Assembly (NCBI GenBank): GCA_963719315.1 | Contig: CAVRBU010000005.1 | Location: forward strand, 1 to 64,000 | Direction of reading: 5' to 3' | DNA from: an uncultured Planctomycetota bacterium | GTDB lineage: Bacteria > Planctomycetota > Planctomycetia > Pirellulales > Lacipirellulaceae | Length of the DNA stretch: 64,000 bases | Part shown: positions 21,655 through 32,697 of the stretch, piece after piece | Position numbering within the stretch: position 1 is the stretch's first letter | How the letters are laid out: each line of letters begins with the position of its first letter | The notes under the pieces: model-generated | What the model saw: only the letters and a program-made list of their open reading frames with translations | What the model was told of the DNA's origin: nothing | The model's database searches: none | Translations under genes and position numbers: made by a program

Positions 21655-23271
21655 ATGAACGACACCGCGACCCAATTGGAACAAATCGCCTCGCGAGCCG
21701 TGGCGCTATACAGCCGGCCGACCATTGCGATGGAAGTGGTGCGATTGGCCGAGGAACCGCAGGCCGATGCCCAGGCGCTTAAAGAATGCGTGGCCCAGGA
21801 TCCGGCGCTCGCATGCAAGGTCTTGCGGGTCGTCAACAGCTCGATGTTCGGTTTGCATCGCCCGGTGGCCGACCTGAATCAGGCGATCGGGCTGTTGGGC
21901 ATCAAGCCGCTGAAACTGCTGGTGCTGGGTTTCAATCTGCCGGACGCACTGTTCGCCGAAGTCGCGGCCCGGGAACTCGAGTGGTATTGGACGAATACGC
22001 TAACGCGAGCAGTCGCGGCGCGAATGCTGAGCGAGCAACTGTGGCATCAGCCAGGTGACGAAGCGTTCATTGCCGGATTGTTGCAGGACATCGGTATTCT
22101 CGTGCTGCTGCGGGAACTGGGCGAGCCCTACGCGCGGTTTTTGACCGGTGTCATCGACGAGAAGTGCCACCTCGCTTCGCTAGAGCAGGACACGCTGGGT
22201 TTCGATCACATCCAATTGAGCGCGGCGCTACTGGCGAGGTGGCAACTGCCGCAGCGCTTGGTGGATGCGATTGAAGCGCCGAAACGAACCGCGCGCTTCG
22301 CACGCCTGTCGCCGCCCGAGGCCGACTTGCCGCAGATTTTGCATTTAGCCGAACTGCTGATGCAACTCGTCGGGCAACGGCGGCTTAGCGTGCTGCCCGA
22401 GTTGCTGGAAGCCGGCAAATTGTATCGCGGAATGACAAAGTCGAAATTGGCAGCGCTTGTCGAAGGGTTGCAGCCGCAAGTCGATCAATTGGCCGAAGTC
22501 TTGTCGCTCGAGCTTGCGGAAGAGCGCGACTACGTGCAAATGCTGGTCGATGCACAGCGCAAAATGGCCGTGCTGAGCGAAGAGATCGCGGGCGAAGCCG
22601 CATCCGTCGAAGATGATCGAATTTACGCGCAACTGCTCGCGCACACGGGCGAACTGACAGGCGCCATGCAATCGTTTCTGACAGGCAAGCAGGTCCGCGT
22701 GCTGCCCAACCCAGTGCAGACTCAATCGCACGCGGCTCATTACGGACAACACAACGTCCGCGGCTTCGTCGGCAAACCAACGGAAGAGCCTGCGGATCGA
22801 TCGCATTTGCTGCAGAAGTTGGTCGTGGCCGCAAATCGTTGTCGTGAGCGGCGGCAGGAACTGAGTTTATTGGTTGTCGAGCCGAACGTGTTCTATGTAC
22901 ACACGGATCCGCAAGGCGAAGCGGCTGGAGTGCTGGCCCGCCAGGCGCGTAGCGATGCTTGCGACGTTCTGGATCCGGAAAACGTGATCTTGGTGCCTCT
23001 GGCGAATCAAGGGGCGGCAGCCGTCATTTCGAATTGCGAGCGACGGGGCGCGTTGTCGCTGGCGCGCCAAACAATCTCCGAGGTCGGGAAACTGGCTGGG
23101 TTAGAAGTCGCGCCCGACATCGACATGGCCACGACACTGAGCATTGGCGTGGCGACCGTGAGCGTCGTGCCCAAGAACTTTGACCCGGCTCGAATCGTAG
23201 AAAGTGCGATGCGCTGTCTCTCGGCCGCTCGGGCCTGCGGCATTAGCGCAGTGAAAAGCATTGAAGTGTAG
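21655..23271 (+). CDS. HDOD domain protein with degenerate GGDEF-like C-terminus
   Basis: DPALACKVLRVVNSSMFG, EAFIAGLLQDIG, LGFDH..LSAALLARWQLP; C-terminal TLSIGVA fold element without a GGDEF motif. Confidence 0.85.
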   Translation: MNDTATQLEQIASRAVALYSRPTIAMEVVRLAEEPQADAQALKECVAQDPALACKVLRVVNSSMFGLHRPVADLNQAIGLLGIKPLKLLVLGFNLPDALFAEVAARELEWYWTNTLTRAVAARMLSEQLWHQPGDEAFIAGLLQDIGILVLLRELGEPYARFLTGVIDEKCHLASLEQDTLGFDHIQLSAALLARWQLPQRLVDAIEAPKRTARFARLSPPEADLPQILHLAELLMQLVGQRRLSVLPELLEAGKLYRGMTKSKLAALVEGLQPQVDQLAEVLSLELAEERDYVQMLVDAQRKMAVLSEEIAGEAASVEDDRIYAQLLAHTGELTGAMQSFLTGKQVRVLPNPVQTQSHAAHYGQHNVRGFVGKPTEEPADRSHLLQKLVVAANRCRERRQELSLLVVEPNVFYVHTDPQGEAAGVLARQARSDACDVLDPENVILVPLANQGAAAVISNCERRGALSLARQTISEVGKLAGLEVAPDIDMATTLSIGVATVSVVPKNFDPARIVESAMRCLSAARACGISAVKSIEV

Positions 23272-23375
23272 AAGCACGGCGTAACAAGCACAATTGCCTT
23301 ACTTCGTGCTCCACGCTCCCTGCCCCCTGCTTCAACCCACTACGCTGGCGCGGTGCGCGCTGCTATTATTTCCCC

Positions 23376-24473
23376 ATGAGTACGCACCAACCGACGGAAC
23401 GACATTCACCGCTAGTGCCAGCTACGCCGCCGGATTCTGCCGCGTCGGCCGACGGAAATTCGGGAGGGGCAGGCAATCATCCTGCCGCTAATCCTCCGGT
23501 GACACACGCTCCGGTCGAGCTCCCACGCGCGACTCGGTCCGACTTAGGGCGGCCCCCCTACCCTGAACTAAGCGAATCGCAATTGCGATCGCGTCTGCGT
23601 CCGCGCCGACGAGTGACCTTGCCGTTGGTCCTGTTCATCGCGACGTGCCTATCGACGTTTTGGGTGGGCGCGGCTAGTTGGCGGCCGCAGTCGTATTCGA
23701 TCGACGACATGCTCGGCGTTATCGCCGCCCATTGGCAGCAAGGCCTGTTATACATGGGCGCCGTGCTTGCGATATTGTTGACGCACGAGATGGGGCATTT
23801 TTTGCAGACGGTGCGGTACGGCATTCCAGCCAGCTATCCCCTGTGCATCCCAGTGCCGTTCAGTCTCATCGGCACGATGGGCGCTGTGATCAGCATGGAC
23901 GGCATGCGCGCGAATCGCAAACAGATTTTCGACATTGGCATAGCCGGGCCGCTGGCGGGACTCGCGGTAGCCGCGCCGATTCTCTATCTCGGAGTGAGGC
24001 AGCTAAACCTCGCCACTCCATCCGCGCCGCACGATATTCAACTTTACAATCCCGTGATCGTGCGGTGGATGATCGAATGGATGCACCCGGAGTGGGCGGA
24101 CCGGGCGTCGTGGGTTGCCGTTTCGCAGTTGAACCCGTTCTTTATGGCTGGATGGGTTGGTATGCTGATTACCGGCCTCAATATGCTGCCCGTAAGTCAA
24201 CTCGATGGCGGGCACACGATCTATGCCCTCTTCGGCCGCGATGCCTACAAGATCGCGCGGGCGTTCACGATCATCGCAATCGCGTATGTCGTGCTGAATT
24301 TAGAGGAGGCGGCGATCTGGACACCGATGCTGATTCTGGTGATCCTCTTGGGCATTCATCATCCGCCGACGGCCGACGACAGCGTGGAGATGGACGACTT
24401 CCGCTGGATCCTGGGCGTGGCGTCGATGGCGATCCCAGTGCTGTGCTTTCCGCTCCAGGCGATTAAGCAGTAG
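23376..24473 (+). CDS. Site-2 protease (M50 family)
   Basis: HEMGH, DIGIAGPLAG, NMLPVSQLDGGH motifs; multiple TM segments. Confidence 0.92.
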   Translation: MSTHQPTERHSPLVPATPPDSAASADGNSGGAGNHPAANPPVTHAPVELPRATRSDLGRPPYPELSESQLRSRLRPRRRVTLPLVLFIATCLSTFWVGAASWRPQSYSIDDMLGVIAAHWQQGLLYMGAVLAILLTHEMGHFLQTVRYGIPASYPLCIPVPFSLIGTMGAVISMDGMRANRKQIFDIGIAGPLAGLAVAAPILYLGVRQLNLATPSAPHDIQLYNPVIVRWMIEWMHPEWADRASWVAVSQLNPFFMAGWVGMLITGLNMLPVSQLDGGHTIYALFGRDAYKIARAFTIIAIAYVVLNLEEAAIWTPMLILVILLGIHHPPTADDSVEMDDFRWILGVASMAIPVLCFPLQAIKQ

Positions 24474-24553
24474 ATGTGCGGCGCTGATCTAACGCCCGCT
24501 GAAGAGGGCATACCTGCTTGCTCTGAGGCATGCCGATATCAGCGAGCTTGAGG

Positions 24554-26002
24554 TTACGGTGCTAAGAGTAGCCGTCCCGGCGCTGCAAGAAACCCTTTCA
24601 CTTCATTCGTAAACCGCGCCGCGGCGGCGCCATCCACAAGGCGGTGATCGTAGGTAAGCGAGAGGGGCATCATCAGCCGCCCTTCGACAGTGTCGTTGAC
24701 GATTTGCGCCACGGGGCGCGTGCGGCCGATGAGCAGGATCGCCACTTGCGGCGGGTTGATGATCGGTGTGGAATACGTGCCGCCGACGGCGCCCATATTG
24801 CTGATCGTGAACGTTCCGCCCTTCATGAGATCCAAGTCGAATTTTCCCTCGCGGACGGTAGCGGCCAACTCTTCAAGTTCAGAGGCGATCTGCGAGATGC
24901 TTTTGCGATCTGCGTCGCGGAGTACGGGCACGACCAGGCCGCGTTCGGTATCGACGGCGATGCCGATGTTGACGTACTCCTTATAAGTGATCGTGTTGTT
25001 TTCCAGATCGACCGTGGCGTTCAGCGTCGGATGACGCTTGAGCGACGCGGCGATAGCTTTAATGATGAACGACATTGCCGTGAGCTTGATACCGCGGTCG
25101 GCGTAGTCTGCTTTGCTCTGCTCTCGCATGTCTTCGAGCTCGGTAACGTCGGCGTCGTCGAAGTTGGTGAGTTGCGGAATCGTGGTGTACGACTGCACCA
25201 TGTTGCGGGCGATCGTTTGTCGCATCCGCGACATTTTTTCGATTCGCACGCCGCCGAAATCATCGGTGTTGGCCGTGCCTGGAGGCGTCACGCCGCGCGG
25301 GAGGGTGGCCGCGACTTGTTCGTTCGTTTCCCGAACGTGCGCGCGGACATCTTCGACCGTAACGCGACCACAGGCGCCCGTGGGGCGGACGCGGCGGAGA
25401 TCGACGCCGAGTTGCCTGGCGAGGCGGCGGACGGCGGGGCCGGCAGCGGCCGAGGCGTGGCCGTCGCCGGGAACGTCTACATCGCCGTCATCGGCCGGGG
25501 CCGGCTTCTTTGCCTTCGCTTTCGTGGCGACGGAGCGTGCTTTCGGTTTTTCGCCCTCGTCCGGTTCGGGCTCGTGCTTCTTCAACTTTCTTGGCGGAGC
25601 TTTGGGCGCGGGCTGCACTTCGTCGAGACCGTCGTCGTTTGTGTCCGCTTCTTCGGCGACTTCATCTTCGGCTTCCCGCTCCGGCTGCTTTGATTTGGAG
25701 GGCGCGGCGGCCTTCACTTCCTTCGGCGCGGATGGCTTTGGTGGCGCGGACTTTTCAGCAGCGCCGGAAGCCTCGAACTCCATGATCGGCGAGCCGACTT
25801 CGACTGTGTCCCCCTCGCCGACGAGGATTTTCGTTATTTTGCCGGCCTGCGGCGCGGGGATCGGCATCGTGGCCTTATCGGTCTCGACTTCCAGCAGATC
25901 CTGGTTCGCTTTGACCGTTTCGCCTTCGCTGACAAAAATCGTCAGCACGTCGCCGGATTCAATATTTTCGCCGAGGTTGGGAAGCTTGATTTGTGTTGGC
26001 AT
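24554..26002 (-). CDS. aceF: Pyruvate dehydrogenase E2, dihydrolipoamide acetyltransferase
   Basis: Lipoyl domain (EVETDKATM), E3-binding domain (AGPAVRRLAR), catalytic YDHRLVDG; ATG at 26002. Confidence 0.93.
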   Translation of the reverse strand: MPTQIKLPNLGENIESGDVLTIFVSEGETVKANQDLLEVETDKATMPIPAPQAGKITKILVGEGDTVEVGSPIMEFEASGAAEKSAPPKPSAPKEVKAAAPSKSKQPEREAEDEVAEEADTNDDGLDEVQPAPKAPPRKLKKHEPEPDEGEKPKARSVATKAKAKKPAPADDGDVDVPGDGHASAAAGPAVRRLARQLGVDLRRVRPTGACGRVTVEDVRAHVRETNEQVAATLPRGVTPPGTANTDDFGGVRIEKMSRMRQTIARNMVQSYTTIPQLTNFDDADVTELEDMREQSKADYADRGIKLTAMSFIIKAIAASLKRHPTLNATVDLENNTITYKEYVNIGIAVDTERGLVVPVLRDADRKSISQIASELEELAATVREGKFDLDLMKGGTFTISNMGAVGGTYSTPIINPPQVAILLIGRTRPVAQIVNDTVEGRLMMPLSLTYDHRLVDGAAAARFTNEVKGFLAAPGRLLLAP

Positions 26003-26027
26003 GGCAAAGTTAGTTTGGAATTTTTTG

Positions 26028-26199
26028 ACCACGGAGACGCGGAGGCCACGGGGATTCATTAACCGCTAATGAACGCTTCTGGTCGCTAATTTCAAAACAT
26101 AAGAGCATGCGGTCAGGTTCAATTCTTAATAGCGGCAAATTAGCGAAGATTAGCGCTTCCTGCTTTTTCTTTTCTCAGTGTTCTCCGTGTCTCCGTGGT
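26028..26199. repeat. Nested inverted short-unit repeats between aceE and aceF
   Basis: Outer pair ACCACGGAGACGCGGAG.../...CTCCGTGTCTCCGTGGT; inner pair CGCTAAT-type units (26063-26090) and ATTAGCG-type units (26128-26156). Confidence 0.7.
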
Positions 26200-26215
26200 C
26201 AACTTTCTTCTTTAA

Positions 26216-28920
26216 TTAAGCGTAAAGCGCAGAGATCTTTTCCGGGTCAATATCCAGATCTTTCACCGCGTTCGCCACGCACTGGCCGTCGCACTTGCCT
26301 TGTTTCTTGAGCTGATAGAGCGTGGCCAGGGTGATACACTCGGCGTCAACTTCGAAGTGGCGGCGTAGCGCGCCGCGACTTTCGCTGCGGCCCATGCCGT
26401 CGGTGCCGAGCGCATACAGGCCGCCGGGAACCCACTCGCTGATTTGTTCCGGCAGGCGCAGACGTAATCGGAGGATGCCACGCAGGGGCCATCGATGCCT
26501 TCGAGCGCCCGCTCTACGTAAGAGATTCGCGGCGGCTGCGTAGGATGCAGCAGGTTCCAACGCTTGCATTCCTGCGCATCGCGGCGAAGCTCGGTGTAGC
26601 TGGTGACGCTCCAGACGTCGCTCGAGATCTTGTACTTTTCCGCCAAAATGGTCTGCGCACGCAGGGCCTGCCGCAGGATGGCGCCGCTGCCGAACAGTTG
26701 GGCGCGGTGCGAACCTTTAACATCGAGCGACGACACCTTGTACATGCCTCGGATGATGCCTTCTTCGCAACCCGCCGGCATCTCCGGCATCTCGTAGTTT
26801 TCGTTCTGCAGCGTGATGTAGTACATCGCCGTTTCGTTGTCTTCGTAGAGGCGCTTGAGACCATCGAAGATAACCACGGCGGTTTCGTAAGCGTATGCTG
26901 GATCGTAGGCCCGCACGGTGGGAAAGGCGATGGCGTTGAGCAAGCTGTGGCCATCCTGATGTTGCAGTCCTTCGCCGTTCAGTGTCGTGCGGCCGGCCGT
27001 TCCGCCGAGAATGAAACCTTTTGAGCGGGCATCGGCGGCGGCCCAAATGAGGTCGCCAATCCGCTGGAAGCCGAACATCGAGTAGTAGATGAACATGGGG
27101 ATCATGTTCACACCGTGCGAGGAATAGGAGGTGCCGGCCGCGATGAACGACGACATCGAACCGGCCTCGGTGATTCCTTCCTCGAATAACTGACCGTCTT
27201 TAGCTTCCTTGTAAAACGAGAGTTGATCGGAGTCGACCGGCTCGTACAATTGGCCGACGTGCGAGTAAATACCGACCTGGCGAAACAAACCTTCCATGCC
27301 GAAAGTGCGCGATTCATCGGGCACGATGGGGACGATGTTTCGGCCGATTTTTTTGTCGCGGAGCAAGTCGCCAAGCAGGCGCACATAACCCATCGTAGTC
27401 GACATTTCCTTGCCCGGGCCTTTGCTCACGAGCTTGGCCATCGTTTTTTCGTAGTCGGCGAGTCGGGGCACTTCCATCGTCACCGGCTTCGTCGAGCGAG
27501 AGGGCACCGGGCCGCCGAGTTCTTTTCGATGCTCGCGGAGGTAGACCATTTCCGGACTGTCGTCGGGCGGACGATAAAACGGCGCTTCGGCGACTCGCTC
27601 GTCGGAAATGGGGATGCCGAATCGAGTGCGAAACTCACGCAATTCCTCTTCGTTGAGTTGCTTCTGGTTATGAGTGACATTGCGGCCTTCGCCGCCTTCG
27701 CCCAGACCGTAACCCTTGATCGTCTTGGCGAGAATCACGGTCGGCTTGCCTTCGAACTCGATGGCCGCCTGGAAGGCGGCGTAAACTTTTTCTGGGTCGT
27801 GGCCACCGCGCCGCATTTTTTGGAGCTTTTCATCCGAGTAGGTTTTGACGAGCTCTGCAACTTCGGGGTATTTGCCGAAGAAGTCTTCGCGGATGTAATC
27901 GCCGCTCGAGACGACATACTTCTGGTACTGGCCGTCGGGAACTTCCATCATCCGTTGTTGCAGCAGGCCGGTTTCATCTTGCTCGAGCAGCGGATCCCAA
28001 TCGCTACCCCAGATGACTTTGATGACGTTCCACCCCGCGCCGCGGAACGCGCCTTCCAGCTCTTGAATGATCTTACCGTTACCGCGGACGGGCCCGTCGA
28101 GTCGCTGCAAGTTGCAGTTGACGACGAAGATGAGATTATCGAGCTTTTCGCGTGATGCCAGCGTAATTGCCCCCAGGGACTCGGGCTCGTCGCATTCGCC
28201 ATCGCCTAAAAAGGCCCACACGTGTTTGTGCGAAAGATCGACGATGCCGCGGTCGGTGAGGTAGCGATTGAACCGCGCCTGGTAGATCGCCATGATCGGA
28301 CCGAGTCCCATTGAGACCGTGGGAAATTCCCAAAACTCGGGCATCAGCCACGGATGCGGATACGATGACAGCCCGCCGCCAGCTTGCAACTCGCGGCGGA
28401 AGTTCATCAAATTCTGCTCGGTGAGGCGACCTTCGAGAAACGCGCGGGCATACATGCCGGGTGAGGCGTGGCCTTGAAAGTAGATCTGATCGCCGTCGTA
28501 GCCGCTTTCGCCGCGACCGCGCAAAAAGTGATTCATCGCCACTTCGTAAAGATTGGCCGACGAGGCGTAGGTGGAAATGTGGCCGCCGATGCCGTGGAAG
28601 TCGCGGTTGGCGCGCGTGACCATCGCCATCGCGTTCCAGCGAACGAAGCTCTTGATGCGCCGCTCGAGCTCGCGCTTGCCGGGGTAGCGCGGTTCCTTGT
28701 CGCGCGGAATCGTGTTCACGTACGGCGTCGTGGCGGTGAACGGCAGCTCGACGCCATTGCGAATCGCGGACTGCTCGAGTGCCGTCAACAACTGCTGCAC
28801 GCGCTCCGCTCCCTTGCGCTCGAATACATAATCGAGCGATTCCAGCCATTCGGCCGTTTCGGCCGGATCGACATCGTTCGGAATCGGTGAATTCTGCTTG
28901 GCGATTTCAGCTTGAGCCAT
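26216..28920 (-). CDS. aceE: Pyruvate dehydrogenase E1 homodimeric type; frameshift near 26460
   Basis: GGHISTYAS, FPTVSMGLG, GDGECDEPES, GEGLQHQDG; C-terminus LGTDGMGRSESRGALRRHFEVD lies in ORF 26216-26569. Confidence 0.96.
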
Positions 28921-29055
28921 GAGGATGTCCTGCAGAGGATGGATGCGGGATGCAGGACACGGGGGGCAGGGATAAAACGATTCCGATCACTGCCCTCCGC
29001 ATACTAACTCTCGCATCCTCGAATTGCCTTTCACATTTCCATTCTATTCAGAATC

Positions 29056-30480
29056 TTACTTGCGTTTGGGCCGATACACTTCTGTGGCCGTCCCGAGGTG
29101 GACATCGGCTGCGAATCCTAACGTTTCGCTCAGCGTGGGGTGCGGGTGGATCGAATCGGCCACGTCGCGCACCGAGCAACCCATTTCAATCGCGACCACG
29201 GCCTCGGCGATGAGTTCGCCCGCGCCGGCACCGACGATGCCGCAACCGAGGACGCGGTCGGACACCGGGTCGATGACCCACCGCGTCATGCCGTCGGTAC
29301 GGCCGTTGGCGATCGCCCGGCCACTAGCCTGCCACGGATAGACGGCCGTGGCGATGTCGCGGCCAGCGCGTTCGGCTTCGCTAACCGTAAGACCTGCCCA
29401 AGCGATTTCAGGATCAGTGAAAATCACTGCGGGAATCGCCTGCGGCTCGAAAGCCGCGGGTCGCCCAGCAAGAACTTCGGCAGCGACTTTCCCCTCATGC
29501 GAGGCTTTATGGGCGAGCATTGGTTCGCCGGCAACATCGCCAATTGCCATAATGTGCGGGTCGGCCGTTTGTTGCTGTTCGTTGACGACCACGAATCCCT
29601 TATCGTTGACTTTTACCTTTGTACTTTCGAGGCCGATACCGCTGGTGACGGGGCGACGGCCGATCGAAACGAGGACGCGATCGAACGTATTCGTTTCGGA
29701 AAATTCCGCGCCTTCGGTTTTCACTTCAACTTTGTTACCGGCGCTCTTGAGCTCGATGACTTTCGTGCTCAAGTGGACGCCGGCGAAGCGTTCGCGGAGT
29801 CGCTTTTCGAGAGGCTTCACGAGATCGCGGTCGGCGCCCGGCAAGAGACCGTCGAGGAGTTCGACGACGGTGACTTTCGAGCCGAGTTCGGCGTAGACGG
29901 TTCCCATTTCAAGGCCGATGTATCCGCCGCCGATTACGAGCAGCGTTTCGGGAATGTCTTCAAGGGCCAGCGCGCTGGTTGAATCCATGACGCGCGGCGA
30001 GTCGATCCTGAACATCTTGGGCATGGCCGGCACGGAGCCGGTCGCCAAAATGCAGTGGTCGAACGTCAGTCGCTCGCTGTCGTAGGTGGTTTTGTCGCCA
30101 CCTTCTAGCTGCAGCGTTTGGGAGTCGACGAAGATGCCGCGGGCGTTAATAACCCGCACACTTCGACGTTTGGCGAGTTGGGCGAGACCGCCAGTGAGCG
30201 TGTCGATGACCTTCTCTTTGCGAGCACGGACCCTGTCGATCGAAACCTTGGGCTTGTTGAATTCGATGCCCCACTCGGCCATTTCGGCCGCTTCGCTCAT
30301 CACTTTCGCGACGTGTAGGAGTGCCTTTGAAGGGATGCATCCGCGGAGAAGACAGGTGCCGCCAAGGCGCGGGTCGGCCTCGACGATGGTGGTCTCCAGC
30401 CCGAGGTCGGCAGCGAGGAATGCGGCCGCATAGCCGCCCGGCCCGCCGCCAAGAACGACAACTTTGGAGTGAATCGACAT
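29056..30480 (-). CDS. lpdA: Dihydrolipoamide dehydrogenase
   Basis: GGGPGGY, redox motif GGTCLLRGCIPSK, GGGYIGLE, HPHPTLSE. Confidence 0.96.
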   Translation of the reverse strand: MSIHSKVVVLGGGPGGYAAAFLAADLGLETTIVEADPRLGGTCLLRGCIPSKALLHVAKVMSEAAEMAEWGIEFNKPKVSIDRVRARKEKVIDTLTGGLAQLAKRRSVRVINARGIFVDSQTLQLEGGDKTTYDSERLTFDHCILATGSVPAMPKMFRIDSPRVMDSTSALALEDIPETLLVIGGGYIGLEMGTVYAELGSKVTVVELLDGLLPGADRDLVKPLEKRLRERFAGVHLSTKVIELKSAGNKVEVKTEGAEFSETNTFDRVLVSIGRRPVTSGIGLESTKVKVNDKGFVVVNEQQQTADPHIMAIGDVAGEPMLAHKASHEGKVAAEVLAGRPAAFEPQAIPAVIFTDPEIAWAGLTVSEAERAGRDIATAVYPWQASGRAIANGRTDGMTRWVIDPVSDRVLGCGIVGAGAGELIAEAVVAIEMGCSVRDVADSIHPHPTLSETLGFAADVHLGTATEVYRPKRK

Positions 30481-30598
30481 AACTCTTTTGCTGGTAAAGC
30501 AGTTGCTTCGCTAAACACTTAAGTTTACCCGGCTTGCCCGAACTGGCCAATGGGGACATTCGGGCTGACGTAGCGATGTCTGTCCGAGTCGCCAATGC

Positions 30599-30643
30599 GA
30601 GTTTCGGAGAAACTCGCCTGCGCAGCCGGAGTTTCTCCGAAAC
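30599..30643. repeat. REP-like palindromic doublet
   Basis: CGAGTTTCGGAGAAACTCG plus inverted partner GAGTTTCTCCGAAAC; related to 38346-38371. Confidence 0.65.
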
Positions 30644-30671
30644 GTAAAACCGAGCCGCCGGGGCGAATAGT

Positions 30672-31568
30672 CTATGTGAGGATATGTCGAAGCGCCGAAT
30701 CCAATTCGAGATACGCAAACTCGAAGCGGGCGTCGTTCAGGACGCGGGGCTCGACGCGAACACCGCCGACAAGCAAGTCGTCGGCCATCTCACCGAAAGC
30801 GAGTCGAGCTGCAAACGCTGGCATCGGGAAGATTGTTGGGCGATTGAGAACGCGACCGAGCGTTTTCGTGAACTCGCGGTTCGTAACTGGCTGCGGCGCG
30901 ACGGCATTCACGGGGCCGGCGAGGGCAGTGGGTGAGAGCACGAATTGAATCACTCGCACGAGGTCATCGAGCACGATCCAACTCATATATTGGCGGCCGC
31001 TGCCAATGACGCCGCCGACGCCGAGCTTGAAAGGAGTGAGCATTTTCGCAAGGCCGCCGCCATCGCTGGCCAGGACAAAACCGATTCGCAGATTGACGAC
31101 TCGGATTCCTGCATCGCGCGCCGACTTGGTTGCGGCCTCCCATTGTTGGCAGACTTCGGCGAGGAAGCCGGCGCCGGGTAGCGAGGATTCATCGACAGGC
31201 TGGTCGTCGCGGTTGCCAAAGTACCCGACGGCGGAGGCGCTCACGAGGACACCGGGCTTTGTCGCTAAGCCAGCAAGCGTTTCGCAGAGGAGCTTGGTGG
31301 GACCGATGCGGCTGTCGAGGATTTTTTGCTTAAAGGCCGGCGTCCAGCGGTGGGCCGCAATGTTCTCGCCGGCCAGATGGACGACGGCATCCACTCCCGC
31401 GAACTCGGCCGCATCGATCGTCCCGGCAGCTGGGTCCCAGTGGATTTCGTGTTGGCCGGCGCGCGTTGGCCGGCGAACGACCGGCCGAACCAGGTGCCCA
31501 TCGGCTTCCAAAGCCGCGACGAGAGCTGTGCCAACGAGACCAGTGGAACCTGTGACTGCGATGATCAT
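30672..31568 (-). CDS. TIGR01777 family NAD-dependent epimerase-like protein
   Basis: VTGSTGLVG, VVHLAGENI, SASAVGYFG, GSGRQYMSWI, NAVAPQPVTN. Confidence 0.93.
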   Translation of the reverse strand: MIIAVTGSTGLVGTALVAALEADGHLVRPVVRRPTRAGQHEIHWDPAAGTIDAAEFAGVDAVVHLAGENIAAHRWTPAFKQKILDSRIGPTKLLCETLAGLATKPGVLVSASAVGYFGNRDDQPVDESSLPGAGFLAEVCQQWEAATKSARDAGIRVVNLRIGFVLASDGGGLAKMLTPFKLGVGGVIGSGRQYMSWIVLDDLVRVIQFVLSPTALAGPVNAVAPQPVTNREFTKTLGRVLNRPTIFPMPAFAARLAFGEMADDLLVGGVRVEPRVLNDARFEFAYLELDSALRHILT

Positions 31569-31584
31569 GGGCAGGAAAAGCTTT

Positions 31585-31651
31585 TAGCTGTTAGCCGTTA
31601 GCCAGAAAGGGAGACGATAGGAGTTTGGCTAAAAGCTAATAGCTAACAGCC
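31585..31651. repeat. Inverted heptamer arrays, intergenic
   Basis: tagctgt tagccgt tagcc facing ggctaaa agctaat agctaac agc. Confidence 0.7.
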
Positions 31652-31654
31652 ACA

Positions 31655-32521
31655 TTAGTGTCTTTTCTTCTGATACTGGCGGCTGGCTTCTTCGAGGATG
31701 CGGCGTTCCCGACGGGTCAGGCTGTCGCGGCCGTGTTCTTGGATTTTCTTTAGTATCTCGTCGACCTGGGCCTCAGTAGATTCATTGGGCGAGTCTGGAT
31801 CGAGGACGCGCAACTTGGGCTTTGGCCGAAGTCGCTTCATCCAGTCGCCGCCCGGCAACAAGCGTTCCAAACGCCAACCGGCTTGGAAGTACATGAACGC
31901 GAACAAGGCCCCGCCCAAGTGGGCCGTAAATGCAATATGATCGGTGCGCTGAAATGCACCGAAAGCGTCGTAACCGACGAAAAGTAACGCGGCGACCCAC
32001 ATCGGCATGGGTAGGAAAAACATCAACAAAATCTGGCGATTCGGAAAGTTCAGCGCAAACAAAATAACGACCGCAGTCACGCCGCCGGAAGCTCCCAACA
32101 TCGGCGGCCCGATAGCGAAGCCGCGATTGGCCGCAAATTCGCCCAACACCCACACTGCTCCCGCCGCGACGACGGAGACCAGGAAGAACGTCAGGTACTC
32201 CCGTTGACCGTAGCGGTATTCCACATCGCGGCCAAACATCCACAATCCGAACATGTTGAAGATGATGTGCCGAAAATCATTCGGATCGTGCAGGAATCCA
32301 TAGGTGAGCAACTGGAAATAATGCAGCGGATGCTTGAAGACGTTTGGATAAAGTTCGAACAGCCTTGTGAACCAGCCGCTGTCCCTCGTCAGTAGTTGCA
32401 CGACGTACACGGCGAACATCACGATCACCAGTTTCGTGGTGAGCGTGGTGGGGCCGCCCACGGTGAAGCCGCTTTGGGGGCCGCTGTAGTTGCGTTGATA
32501 GTCTCGGTCGTAGATTCCCAT
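31655..32521 (-). CDS. Rhomboid intramembrane serine protease
   Basis: HIIFNMFGLWMFG, GASGG catalytic Ser, AHLGGA catalytic His; C-terminal VDEILKKI...SLT.RER..L helical domain. Confidence 0.93.
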   Translation of the reverse strand: MGIYDRDYQRNYSGPQSGFTVGGPTTLTTKLVIVMFAVYVVQLLTRDSGWFTRLFELYPNVFKHPLHYFQLLTYGFLHDPNDFRHIIFNMFGLWMFGRDVEYRYGQREYLTFFLVSVVAAGAVWVLGEFAANRGFAIGPPMLGASGGVTAVVILFALNFPNRQILLMFFLPMPMWVAALLFVGYDAFGAFQRTDHIAFTAHLGGALFAFMYFQAGWRLERLLPGGDWMKRLRPKPKLRVLDPDSPNESTEAQVDEILKKIQEHGRDSLTRRERRILEEASRQYQKKRH

Positions 32522-32697
32522 AACGGCGCGATCGACGATTGGTCGGGAGCGACCGACGCGCGGTCACCGAACGCCGCCATTGTATGCGAGACAGGTATCT
32601 GCGGCGAGCCAAACCGCAAATGGAGGCGAGTTTCTCGGAAAACCGATTTCGCGTCTTCGCCACCGCGAATCTTCGATCGGAAAGACGCGGCTACGTG

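Noticed and set aside
24644..29982. Long antisense ORFs opposite aceF, aceE and lpdA (and similar ones elsewhere)
   Set aside because: Expected shadow ORFs in high-GC coding DNA; the opposite strand carries clear conserved genes.
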